From Acidimicrobiia bacterium (GTDB lineage: Bacteria; Actinomycetota; Acidimicrobiia; IMCC26256; DASPTH01), in contig JAXLRL010000005.1 of NCBI GenBank assembly GCA_046331125.1, positions 64,923 through 128,922 of the forward strand: a DNA stretch of 64,000 nt, written 5' to 3'. The translations under genes and the position numbers were made by a program. The notes beneath the pieces were generated by a model that saw only the letters and a list, made by a program, of their open reading frames with translations, searched no databases and was not told the origin of the DNA. This document shows positions 20,393 through 29,063 of this stretch, in pieces (position 1 is the stretch's first letter; each line of letters begins with the position of its first letter).

Positions 20393-21607
20393 CTACTTGA
20401 TGTGCACGCCGGAGATGGAGCGGGCGATCACGAGGCGCTGTACCTCGGAGGTGCCCTCGAAGATCGTGTAGATCTTCGAGTCGCGGTGCCACTGCTCCAC
20501 CGGGTACTCCCGCACGTAGCCGTAGCCACCGAGGATCTGGATCGCCTGCTCGGTGATCCACACCGCCGACTCACCGGCCTTCAGCTTGCTCATCGAGCCC
20601 TCGCCGGCCTCGAAGTTCTTGCCGTTGCGGCCCATCCACGCCGCGCGCCAGACGAGCAGGCGGGAGGCGTCGAGCTCGGTCTTCATGTCGGCGAGCTTGA
20701 AGGCGATGCCCTGGTTCTCGATGATCGCCCGGCCGAACTGGTGGCGCTCCTTGGCGTACTCGAGCGCGTACTCGTAGGCCGCCCGGGCGATGCCGACGGC
20801 CTGCGCGCCCACGATCGGGCGGGTGGCCTCGAAGGTGGCGAGCGCCGCCTGGTGGCGCGTGCCGGTGCCCTCACGGGCCCGGGCGAGGCGCTCGTCGAGG
20901 CGGTCCTTGCCGCCGAGGAGGCAGCTGCCGGGGATGCGCACGTCGTCGAGCACGACCTCCGCGGTGTGGCTGGCGCGGATGCCCATCTTCTTGAATTTCT
21001 GCCCCATGCTCAGGCCGGGCGTGTTCGGGCCGATGACGAAGCTGGCCTGTCCACGAGCCTTGAGCTCGGGGTCGACCGACGCCACCACCACGTGGACATC
21101 GGCGATACCGCCGTTGGTGATCCACGTCTTGGTGCCGTTCAGCACCCATTCGTCCTTGGCCTCGTCGTAGACCGCGCGCGTCCTCAGCGAGGACACGTCG
21201 CTGCCGGCGTCGGGCTCGGTCACGCAGAACGCGCCGAGGGCGATCTTCTCGGGCGTCCCGTAGCACTGCGGCACCCACTCGCCAATCTGCTCGTTGGTGC
21301 CGTTCGCGAGGATGCCCGACACCGCGAGGGTGGACCCGAAGATGGCGAGGGTGATACCGGCGTCGCCCCAGCACATCTCCTCGCTGACGATCGGCCAGGT
21401 GAGACCGGTGGGGTCGGCCACCGCGTTGGCGCCGAAGTCGACGGAGTAGAGGCCGATGCGGGCGGCCTCCTCGATGACGGGCCAGGGCGTTTCCTCCCTC
21501 TCGTCCCATTCAGACGCAACTGGGCGGATCACGTTCTCGGCGAAGTCGTGCACCCAGTCCTTGAGCTGGAGCTGGTCCTCGTTGAGATCGAGCGAGAAGT
21601 CACCCAC
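20393..21607 (-). CDS. acyl-CoA dehydrogenase
   Basis: The GTG start at ~21607 is preceded by AGGAGG. Family blocks present are LGAFCVTEPDAGSDV, WITNGG and YTIFEGTSEVQRLVIAR. The reading frame is intact. Confidence 0.9.
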   Translation of the reverse strand: MGDFSLDLNEDQLQLKDWVHDFAENVIRPVASEWDEREETPWPVIEEAARIGLYSVDFGANAVADPTGLTWPIVSEEMCWGDAGITLAIFGSTLAVSGILANGTNEQIGEWVPQCYGTPEKIALGAFCVTEPDAGSDVSSLRTRAVYDEAKDEWVLNGTKTWITNGGIADVHVVVASVDPELKARGQASFVIGPNTPGLSMGQKFKKMGIRASHTAEVVLDDVRIPGSCLLGGKDRLDERLARAREGTGTRHQAALATFEATRPIVGAQAVGIARAAYEYALEYAKERHQFGRAIIENQGIAFKLADMKTELDASRLLVWRAAWMGRNGKNFEAGEGSMSKLKAGESAVWITEQAIQILGGYGYVREYPVEQWHRDSKIYTIFEGTSEVQRLVIARSISGVHIK

Positions 21608-21672
21608 GGCGGGGCCTCCTGGAGTGAGGTGGTGTCGGGTCCTGCGGCGAAAAGTTACTGGCGGGTAACTTA

Positions 21673-22236
21673 TCACGCCCGGACGGCAGGCGCGGGAGTG
21701 CCCGCCGGCGGGGAGGACCGGCGGGCACTCTGCGGGATCGTGGGGCCTGCGGGGGCGATGCTCAGGCGTTGCCGCCGGCGGCCGCCCTGCTGGCCCTGGC
21801 CGAACGTGCGGGTGAGGAAGTGGTTCACCCGGTCGGGCACCTTGCCCTTGATCGTGTCGGCCCGCTCCTGCTTGATCTTGCCGTCGGCGACGAGCTGGTC
21901 GATCTTGTCGTCGGCCGCCTTGGTCAGGGCGTCGGCGATCGCCTGCGGGTCCTTGCCCAGCGACTCGGCGTACTGGCTGATCGTCTGGCCGCCCTTGAGC
22001 GCCGCGCGCAGGTCCTCCTTCGACACGCCCAGCTGGTCGAGCACGATCTGGAAGGCGCCCTTCGCCACCTGCGCCCGGAGGCCGGGGTGGCGGGTGGTCT
22101 GGCTGGTGGCGGCGCCGCCCGTCGAGCCGGACGAGTTGTCGGCGGCGAAGGCGCTGCCGGCCATCCCGAGCGTCCCGACGGTCACGGCGCCGGCGACGGC
22201 GACGGTGGCGGTGAGCTTCTTCAGGGTCGAGTTCAT
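21673..22236 (-). CDS. secreted hypothetical protein (signal peptide); 3' end uncertain
   Basis: The ATG at 22236 is preceded by GAGGAG. The signal peptide is MNSTLKKLTATVAVAGAVTVGTLGMAGSAFA. The body is helical and Lys/Asp-rich. No family recognised. Confidence 0.5.
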   Translation of the reverse strand: MNSTLKKLTATVAVAGAVTVGTLGMAGSAFAADNSSGSTGGAATSQTTRHPGLRAQVAKGAFQIVLDQLGVSKEDLRAALKGGQTISQYAESLGKDPQAIADALTKAADDKIDQLVADGKIKQERADTIKGKVPDRVNHFLTRTFGQGQQGGRRRQRLSIAPAGPTIPQSARRSSPPAGTPAPAVRA

Positions 22237-22390
22237 GGTGTGCTCCTCGGTCGGTGGCCCGGGGGTGGGCCGGTCCTGGTGGACGGTCTGCGTTCCGTCC
22301 TCGATGTTCATGAAACGACCCGAACGTCATGGATGTGTGAAGCCGCGCCCAGGGGTCGGTGAGCCACCGGTGCGGTAGTTTCCGCGGCCT

Positions 22391-23142
22391 GTGAGCAGCG
22401 ACGTCACCACCACCATCGCGGATCTGGTCGCCACGGTCGAGATCCACCGCCCTCCGCACAACTGGTTCGACCTCGAGGTGCTCGCCGGTGTGGCCGACGC
22501 CGTGCTCGCGCCGACGACGGCGTCCGCCCGGGCGATCGTGTTGTGCACCGAGGAAAGAACTTCTGCGCCGGCGCCGACCTCACCGGCGGCGACGTGCTCG
22601 ACAACACCGCGTCGCTCTACGCCAGCGCGGCGCGCATGTTCACCGGCACGAAGCCCATCGTCGCCGCGGTGCAGGGTGCCGCGATCGGTGGCGGGCTCGG
22701 CCTGGCGCTCGCGGCCGACTTCCGCGTCGCGTCGCCCGAGACGCGCTTCTCGTGCAACTTCGCCAAGCTCGGGTTCCACCAGGGCTTCGGCATCTCCGTC
22801 ACGTTGCCGCGCGTCGTAGGCATGCAGAAGGCGCTCGAGCTCATGTACACCGCGGTCGACGTGCGCGGCGACGAAGCCCTGCGCATCGGGCTCGCCGATC
22901 GCGTCGTGCCCGCCGACGAGGTGCGCGCGGCGGCCACCGCGTTCGCGCGCGAGATCGCGGCGAACGGTCCGCTCGCGATCCAGTCGATCCGCACCACGAT
23001 GCGCGGCGACCTCGCCGAGCTCGTGCAGGCCGCGACCACGCACGAGGCGAAGGAACAGGCGCGTCTGCGCGAGACCGACGACTTCCGGGAAGGTGTCGCC
23101 GCGACCGCGGAGCGCCGCGCACCGAACTTCACGGGGCAGTAG
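22391..23142 (+). pseudogene. enoyl-CoA hydratase/isomerase family protein, one frameshift near 22550
   Basis: ORF 22391..22819 (ATVEIHRPPHNWFDLEV..AIVLCTE) joins ORF 22543..23142 (GKNFCAGADL..KPIVAAVQGAAIGGGLGLALAADFRVA). Confidence 0.8.
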
Positions 23143-23144
23143 GG

Positions 23145-24206
23145 ATGAGCGACGCACCGGCCACGCCACCGGCGGGCGTCGATCTCGACGCGCTCGCACG
23201 CTGGGCCGCGGGTGCGCTCCCGCAGCTCACCCCGCCGTTCGCCGGCCACACGCTCGTCGGCGGGCAGTCGAACATCACGGTGCGCATCGACGACGCGGCC
23301 GGGCAGTCCGTCGTGCTGCGCCGCCCGCCGTTGCACGGTGTGCTCGCGAGCGCGCACGACATGGGCCGCGAGCACCGGATCATCAGCGCGTTGCAGGACA
23401 CCCCCGTGCCCGTGCCGGTGACCATGGCCATGTGCCACGACGTCGACGTGATCGGTGCGCCGTTCTACGTGATGTCGTACGTGGAGGGGGTGGTGCTCGA
23501 GGTCGCCGACGACGTCGAGGCGTCGATGGCCCTGGACGGGCGCGGCGCCACCGCCGAGTCGCTCGTCGACACGTTGGTCGCGCTCCACGCGGTCGACATC
23601 GACGCCGTCGGCCTCGGCGACTTCGCCAAGCGCGAGGACCTGATCGCCCGCCAGCTCAAGCGGTGGCTCGGCCAGTTCCAGGCCGGCGACACGAGCCTGG
23701 TCCCCGAGATCGCAGCGACCGTCGAGCGCGTGCACGGTGTGCTCGCGGCGCGCGTCCCTCCGCAGCAGGGCGCGACGATCGTGCACGGCGACTTCCGGCT
23801 CGGCAACACGATCGTCGACCCGGTGGCCGGCGCCGTGCGCGCCGTCCTCGACTGGGAGATCTGCACGTTGGGCGACCCGCTCGCCGACGTGGGCTACCTG
23901 CTCGCCACCTGGGGCCAGGCCGACGACCCCGTCCGCACCCAGCGGTTCGCCCCGTCGACCGCCCCGGGGTTCCCCCGCCGCGAGGATCTCGTCGAGCGCT
24001 ACGCCGCGGGCTCGGGCCGCGACCTCTCCCAGGTCGAGTACTACATGACGTTCTCGTGGTGGCGGCTCTGCTGCATCCTCACCGGTGTGCTCACCCGCAT
24101 GATGTCGGGCGCGCGCGGCGAGGTGGCTCCCGACGTGCTCGACGAGTTCCGCGACCGGGTGAACGGCTGCGCCACCCTCGCCGACGAGCACGCCGCGCTG
24201 CTCTGA
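23145..24206 (+). CDS. phosphotransferase (APH/choline-kinase-like) family protein
   Basis: The ATG is at 23145 within ORF 22488..24206. The catalytic loop IVHGDFRLGNTIVD and the DWE motif fit the family often found next to acyl-CoA dehydrogenase genes. Confidence 0.8.
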   Translation: MSDAPATPPAGVDLDALARWAAGALPQLTPPFAGHTLVGGQSNITVRIDDAAGQSVVLRRPPLHGVLASAHDMGREHRIISALQDTPVPVPVTMAMCHDVDVIGAPFYVMSYVEGVVLEVADDVEASMALDGRGATAESLVDTLVALHAVDIDAVGLGDFAKREDLIARQLKRWLGQFQAGDTSLVPEIAATVERVHGVLAARVPPQQGATIVHGDFRLGNTIVDPVAGAVRAVLDWEICTLGDPLADVGYLLATWGQADDPVRTQRFAPSTAPGFPRREDLVERYAAGSGRDLSQVEYYMTFSWWRLCCILTGVLTRMMSGARGEVAPDVLDEFRDRVNGCATLADEHAALL

Positions 24207-24247
24207 CCCGCACGGTTATCGTGGGCGTTCCGACCAGGGGGGACGCC

Positions 24248-24667
24248 ATGAGCGCGAAGACCACGCAGAAGACCGTGACCGTGGCGGGCTACAGCCACGT
24301 GAACCTGATGGTCGACGACGTCGACGCCGCCGTCGCCTTCTACACCGAGGTGCTGGGCTTCGAGCTCCTGCCCCGCCCCGACTTCGGCGAGTTCGCCCGG
24401 GGTGCGTGGCTCGGGCACGGCGCCTGCCAGGTGCACCTGAGCGTGGCCGACCAACGGGCGACCCGCGTGTTCTTCACACCACACATCGCGCTGCACATCC
24501 CCGCCGACGCATGGGACGACACCATCGACGCCCTGCGCGAGCGCGGCGTCACCTTCATGGGTGAACCCAGCTCGCGTGTCGACTTCGACGTGCCGATCCG
24601 CGCCGCGTTCATCGAGGATCCGTGCGGGAACGTGATCGAGCTCACCGACGTCGACCCTCGCCCGTGA
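24248..24667 (+). CDS. VOC (glyoxalase/bleomycin-resistance/dioxygenase) family protein
   Basis: Sequence is YSHVNLMVDDVDAAVAFYTEVLGFEL..HIALHIP..AFIEDPCGNVIEL, with the ATG at 24248. Confidence 0.8.
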   Translation: MSAKTTQKTVTVAGYSHVNLMVDDVDAAVAFYTEVLGFELLPRPDFGEFARGAWLGHGACQVHLSVADQRATRVFFTPHIALHIPADAWDDTIDALRERGVTFMGEPSSRVDFDVPIRAAFIEDPCGNVIELTDVDPRP

Positions 24668-24930
24668 ACCCTCCCTGCACCCATCTCCACACCATGCGCG
24701 ACGTCACGCCGAGCGCCGACGGCTGTGAGGACTGCCTCAAGATCGGCGGCCGCTGGGTGCACCTGCGCATGTGCACCGTGTGCGGCCACGTCGGGTGCTG
24801 CGACAGCTCACCCAACCGCCACGCCACCGCGCACTTCCAGGCCACGCAGCACGCGATCATCCAGTCTGCGGAGCCCGGTGAGCAGTGGATCTACTGCTAC
24901 GTCGACGACGTGATGATGGAGCCTGCGTAG
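24664..24930 (+). CDS. UBP-type zinc-finger domain protein
   Basis: The GTG at 24664 overlaps the VOC stop (GTGA). CEDCLKIGGRWVHLRMCTVCGHVGCCDSSPNRHATAHFQATQH gives the Cys/His spacing of zf-UBP. Confidence 0.75.
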   Translation: MNPPCTHLHTMRDVTPSADGCEDCLKIGGRWVHLRMCTVCGHVGCCDSSPNRHATAHFQATQHAIIQSAEPGEQWIYCYVDDVMMEPA

Positions 24931-26015
24931 TGGTCATCGAGGCCACTGGCGCGGCGCCCATCCGCGTCGGCGTGCTGAACGACCTCGCCGACGGCCCGAG
25001 CGACGACCTCACCAGCGGCGGCGGGGTCGAGCGCTACCTGCAGTACGCGATCGACGAGGTGCGCGCCACCGGTCGCCTCGACCGCGACGTCGAGTTGATC
25101 ACCGCGTACGGCATCGGGCTGCCGCGCGGCACTGCGGCCGCGGTCGAGCGCGCCTACGCGGAGCTGGTCGCACAGGACGTGCTGATCATCGTCGGTCCCG
25201 CGATCGGCGACAACGCGCTCGTCGCGACGCCACTCGCCGAGGCGGCGTGCGTGCCCACCATCCACTGGGCGGGCACCGGCAAGGCGCGCGGCGAGTGGAT
25301 GTTCCACCTGCAGGTGGGGTCGCACGAGGACGAGGCCACCGTGCTCGCGCGTCACCTCGTCGCCACCGGCGCCCGCACCCTCGGCCTGGTCTACGACCGA
25401 TCCCCCATCGGCAAGCGCTACGCGGCCTACCTCGAGACCGAGTGCGAGATCCTCGGCCTCGACATCACCGCGCGGCGCTCGGTGTCGCCCGTCGTCACCG
25501 ACGCGTCGGCCGAGGTCCGCACGGTCATGGCGACCAACCCCGACGCGCTGGTGTACCTGGGCCTCGGGCTCAGCGGCCGGGCCGTGGCGACCGCGAAGCG
25601 CGCCGCCGGCTGGGACGTGCCCGCGCTCATGAACTCGGCCGGCATGTTCGGCCACGTTCCCGCGGTCGCCGCCGACCTCGACGGCTGGATCTACGTCGAC
25701 ATGTACTCCGACGCCAACACCACACTCGCCGCGCTGCGCGAGCGCCTCGGCGCCGACCACACCCCGGCCGAGGTCGGCGCGTCGCTCGTCTACGGCTACG
25801 ACCTCGGGCAGCTCGTCGCCGAAGGCCTCGCCCGCGCCCCCGAGCTCACTCGCGCCGGCGTGCGCGAGGGGCTGGAAGCGATCAAGTGGGTCCCCGCGGT
25901 CGAGGGGCACGAGGGCACGATGCTCTCGTTCGGCACCCAGGACCGCGGCGCCCTCCACGGCCGCTACCTCGTCCTCCGTCGCTGGGAGGCCGGCACCTCC
26001 GTCGAGGTCACCTGA
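24930..26015 (+). CDS. type-1 periplasmic-binding-fold (Leu/Ile/Val-binding-like) ligand-binding protein without an obvious signal peptide
   Basis: ORF 24885..26015, with a GTG at 24930 overlapping the preceding stop. IRVGVLNDL..VLIIVGPAIGDNA..LGLVYDRSPIGKRY follows the ABC substrate-binding family pattern. No permease or ATPase gene lies nearby. Confidence 0.65.
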   Translation: MVIEATGAAPIRVGVLNDLADGPSDDLTSGGGVERYLQYAIDEVRATGRLDRDVELITAYGIGLPRGTAAAVERAYAELVAQDVLIIVGPAIGDNALVATPLAEAACVPTIHWAGTGKARGEWMFHLQVGSHEDEATVLARHLVATGARTLGLVYDRSPIGKRYAAYLETECEILGLDITARRSVSPVVTDASAEVRTVMATNPDALVYLGLGLSGRAVATAKRAAGWDVPALMNSAGMFGHVPAVAADLDGWIYVDMYSDANTTLAALRERLGADHTPAEVGASLVYGYDLGQLVAEGLARAPELTRAGVREGLEAIKWVPAVEGHEGTMLSFGTQDRGALHGRYLVLRRWEAGTSVEVT

Positions 26016-26059
26016 CCCACCCCCCTCGTTTTGGCGCTCCTGGCGCGTGAATATCACGC

Positions 26060-26084
26060 GGAACTGGCGCCAAAACGGGTCGTT
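26060..26084 (+). promoter_or_regulatory. ECF-sigma-type promoter GGAAC-N16-CGTT upstream of the ECF sigma gene
   Basis: GGAAC lies at 26060-26064 and CGTT at 26081-26084, with an exact 16-nt spacer, 20-40 nt upstream of the candidate start codons. This matches the consensus known for autoregulated actinobacterial ECF sigmas (SigE/SigH type). Confidence 0.5.
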
Positions 26085-26104
26085 TTGGGGGTGAAGCGGC
26101 CCCA

Positions 26105-26716
26105 GTGTGGGGTCGATGCTCCTCGGTGGCCAGTCGCGGCAACTCGGTCCGTCGCCCCAGTGCGCACTTCGGCGACGCCTTCCCGGCGTTGCTGTCCGCC
26201 GCGCAGTCGGGCGCGGCGTGGGCGTGGCAGCGGATCTACGAGTGGCTGGCCCCCGTGATCGCCGGGTACCTCCGGGTGCAGGGCGTGCGCGACGTCGACG
26301 ACGTCACCAGTGAGGTGTTCCTCGGCATGGTGCGGGGCATCGACGCGTTCACCGGCGACGAGGCCGGCTTCCGCTCCTGGGTGTTCGTGATCGCGCACCG
26401 GCGCGTGCAGGACGAACGGCGCCGCGCGGGCCGTCGCCCGCCGCCCGAGCTCCCGGGTGACGACCTCCCCGCATCGGTCGGGGGCGACGCGGAGGACGAC
26501 GCGCTGCGGGGCCTGGCCACCGCGCGTGTCCACGCGCTGTGCGAGCGCCTGGCGCCCGACCAGCGCGACGTGGTGCTGCTGCGGATCGTCGGCGACCTCA
26601 CGGTCGACGACGTGGCGGCCGTGCTGGGCAAGACACCCGGCGCGGTCAAGCAGCTGCAACGGCGAGGGTTCGGCGCGCTGCGCCGGATGCTCGAGCAGGA
26701 GGGCGTACCCCTGTGA
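26105..26716 (+). CDS. ECF (sigma-70 family) RNA polymerase sigma factor
   Basis: Region 2 reads DDVTSEVFLGMVRGIDAFTGDEAGFRSWVFVIAHRRVQDERRR. Region 4 reads LAPDQRDVVLLRIVGDLTVDDVAAVLGKTPGAVKQLQRRG. The start could be 26105 or 26126. Confidence 0.85.
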   Translation: MWGRCSSVASRGNSVRRPSAHFGDAFPALLSAAQSGAAWAWQRIYEWLAPVIAGYLRVQGVRDVDDVTSEVFLGMVRGIDAFTGDEAGFRSWVFVIAHRRVQDERRRAGRRPPPELPGDDLPASVGGDAEDDALRGLATARVHALCERLAPDQRDVVLLRIVGDLTVDDVAAVLGKTPGAVKQLQRRGFGALRRMLEQEGVPL

Positions 26717-27741
26717 GCCACTTCGGCGATGACGTGTACGAGATGCCACGACGCCGGCCGATCGACGACGACGCCGTCGAGCTCGTCCTCGCGGGAGTTC
26801 CCGCGGGCGACGATCTCGCCGGGCTCACCGCCTTCGTCGACGACGTGCGTTCGGCGGCGGCGACGGGACCCGATCCGGTCCCGTCGGCGGCCCTCGCGCA
26901 CGTGCTGACGCGTGGCTTCTCCACCGACGAGGGCGACCTGCCGGCGACGGCAGCGAGCAACGCCAACGGGTCTGCACAGCAGACGGCCGGGCTTCCGAAG
27001 TGGAGGAGTGCACTGATGAAGACGTCACAGTTCGTTGCCGGATTGTCCATGGCCGCCAAGGTGGCCCTGGGCGCAGGGGTGGCGGTGGCCGCGACGGCCA
27101 CCGGAGCGGTTGCGGGCGTGCTGCCCGACCCGGTGCAGCACGCCGTCGCCGACGCGGTCGGTTCGGTCACGCCGTTCGAGCTCCCCGGGGCGTCGAGCGA
27201 CGCGCCGACCGCCGACGGCGCGAACCCGGGCCCGGCCACCCCGCCGGCCACCGACGGCAACGGCGCGCCGGGGGCGGGCACGGGCGGCTCCCCCCGCTCC
27301 GGCTCGGGGTCCGACCCCGGCGCGCCCGCCGGCTCGCAGCCCGCAACCGGTGCGCCGGGGGCCCCGTCGGGTGAGACCGGCAACCCGGCCGCCCCGCCCG
27401 CGACCGAGGCCCCGGCCGCGCCGCCCGTCGTCACCCCCGGCCCGGTCGACGAGCCGAAGGTGCCGCAGTCGCTGTCGATCTCGTGCGCGGCCGACGGCGG
27501 TCACGTGCACTGCACCTGGACTGGGGCGAACCCCGAGACCTTCGGGCAGTACGTGCTGCTGCGCATCGCGAACGACGGCTCGCAGGGCCGGGCGCTCACG
27601 AGCAGCACCGACCTCGGGTTCACCAGCTGGGACGACTCGCTCGCTCTGAACCCCGGCGTCACGTACGGCTACATGGTCATCGTGCTCGGCCCCGACGGCA
27701 AGAACGCCGAGCACAGCCAGTACGTCTACGTCACGCCGTAG
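26713..27741 (+). CDS. putative membrane-anchored anti-sigma factor / sensor with a Pro/Ala/Gly-rich linker and C-terminal beta-rich domain
   Basis: The GTG at 26713 overlaps the sigma stop (GTGA). There is one TM helix (FVAGLSMAAKVALGAGVAVAATATGAVAG). The extracytoplasmic C-terminus reads SLSISCAADGGHVHCTWTGANPETFGQYVLLRI..GVTYGYMVIVLGPDG. The function is inferred from position. Confidence 0.5.
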   Translation: MSHFGDDVYEMPRRRPIDDDAVELVLAGVPAGDDLAGLTAFVDDVRSAAATGPDPVPSAALAHVLTRGFSTDEGDLPATAASNANGSAQQTAGLPKWRSALMKTSQFVAGLSMAAKVALGAGVAVAATATGAVAGVLPDPVQHAVADAVGSVTPFELPGASSDAPTADGANPGPATPPATDGNGAPGAGTGGSPRSGSGSDPGAPAGSQPATGAPGAPSGETGNPAAPPATEAPAAPPVVTPGPVDEPKVPQSLSISCAADGGHVHCTWTGANPETFGQYVLLRIANDGSQGRALTSSTDLGFTSWDDSLALNPGVTYGYMVIVLGPDGKNAEHSQYVYVTP

Positions 27742-27750
27742 CCGACGCGG

Positions 27751-27764
27751 TGTAACTGGTTCAT
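27751..27764. promoter_or_regulatory. possible TetR/KstR-like operator half-palindrome tgtAACtgGTTcat upstream of the P450 gene
   Basis: An AAC-NN-GTT core sits in an unusually AT-rich stretch 70 nt upstream of the start at 27833. The match to TnnAACnnGTTnnA is imperfect. Confidence 0.25.
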
Positions 27765-27832
27765 CAGGTCAAATAGTCTCCTCGGAGGCCGCCGACCCCC
27801 GACAGCACCCGGGCGGCCCCGAGGAGGACCTG

Positions 27833-29063
27833 ATGGCCATCGACGGGATCGACCTGAACGACCCGCACCGCTTCGTGCGCATGGAACACCACGAGATGTT
27901 CAAGACGCTGCGCGCCGAAGACCCCGTCTACTGGCAGGAGGACGACTTCGGCGGGTACTGGAACATCACGAAGCACCAGGACCTCATCGACGTCAACCGC
28001 GACACCGCGCTGTTCTCGTCGGAGATCGGCGGCACACAGATCCCGGTGACGCCCGACGACCCCGAGAACTTCATGGACCCGCGCGGGCTCATCATGCTGG
28101 AGATGGACCCGCCGAAGCACACGCGCTACCGCCTCCTCGTGAACAAGGGCTTCACCCCGCGCATGATCGGCCTCATCGAGCAGGCGCTCGAGTTCCGCGC
28201 CCAGTCGATCGTCGACGAGGTGATCGAGAAGGGCGAGTGCGACTTCGTCGAGGACATCGCCGCCGAGCTGCCGCTGCAGGCGATCGCCGAGATCATGGGT
28301 GTGCCGCAGGAGGACCGCCGCAAGCTGTTCGAGTGGTCGAACCGCATGATCGGTGCCGCCGACCCCGAGTACGCCAACTCCGACCAGGGCGACGCGTTCA
28401 TGGAGCTGTTCGCCTACTCCAACGCGCTCGCCGCGCAGCGCCGCGACGACCCGCGTGACGACATCGTCACCACGTTGCTCAACGCCGAGATCGAGGGCGA
28501 GAAGCTCAGCGAGCTCGAGTTCGACATGTTCATGATGCTGCTCGCGGTCGCCGGCAACGAGACCACGCGCAACGCCACCGCGCACGCGATGCACGCGTTC
28601 ATGACCAACCCCGACCAGCTCGCGCTCGTGCAGTCGGATCCCGACCAGTACTTCGACACCGCGGTCGAGGAGGTGCTGCGCTGGGCCACGCCCGTGCTGC
28701 ACTTCCGCCGCACCGCCACCAAGGACACCGAGATCCGCGGCCGGCAGATCAAGGAAGGCGACCGCGTCGTCATCTGGCACATCTCCGCCAACCGCGACGA
28801 AGAGGTGTGGGCCGACCCGTTCACCTTCGACATCACGCGCAACCCGAACCCGCACATCGCGTTCGGTGGCGGCGGTTCGCACTTCTGCCTCGGCGCCAAC
28901 CTCGCCCGCATGGAGCTGCGCCTGATCCTGCGCGAGGTCGTCACCCGCATGCCCGACATGCACATGACCGGCGAGCCGCAGCGTCTGCTCTCCAACTTCA
29001 TCGGCGGCATCAAGCACCTCCCCGTCGCGGACCCCCGGTCCGCGCGTGCTCACCGCGAGCTGA
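27833..29063 (+). CDS. cytochrome P450 (CYP125/CYP142-like), last ~10 codons reached only after a frame change
   Basis: Motifs present are HEMFKTLRAEDPVYW, LLAVAGNETTRNA, EEVLRW and FGGGGSHFCLGANLA (heme loop). After IKHLPV the plausible end TPGPRVLTAS* (TGA 29061-29063) lies in the +1 frame. The 687-aa ORF 27833..29896 is a read-through artefact. Confidence 0.85.

Noticed and set aside
22237-22390. The sequence ttcatgaaacgacccgaacgtcatgga in a divergent intergenic region, considered as a third copy or relative of the 51-bp hairpin element.
   Set aside because: It shares only the ttcatg/catgaa ends and has no extended identity or stem. The resemblance is coincidental.
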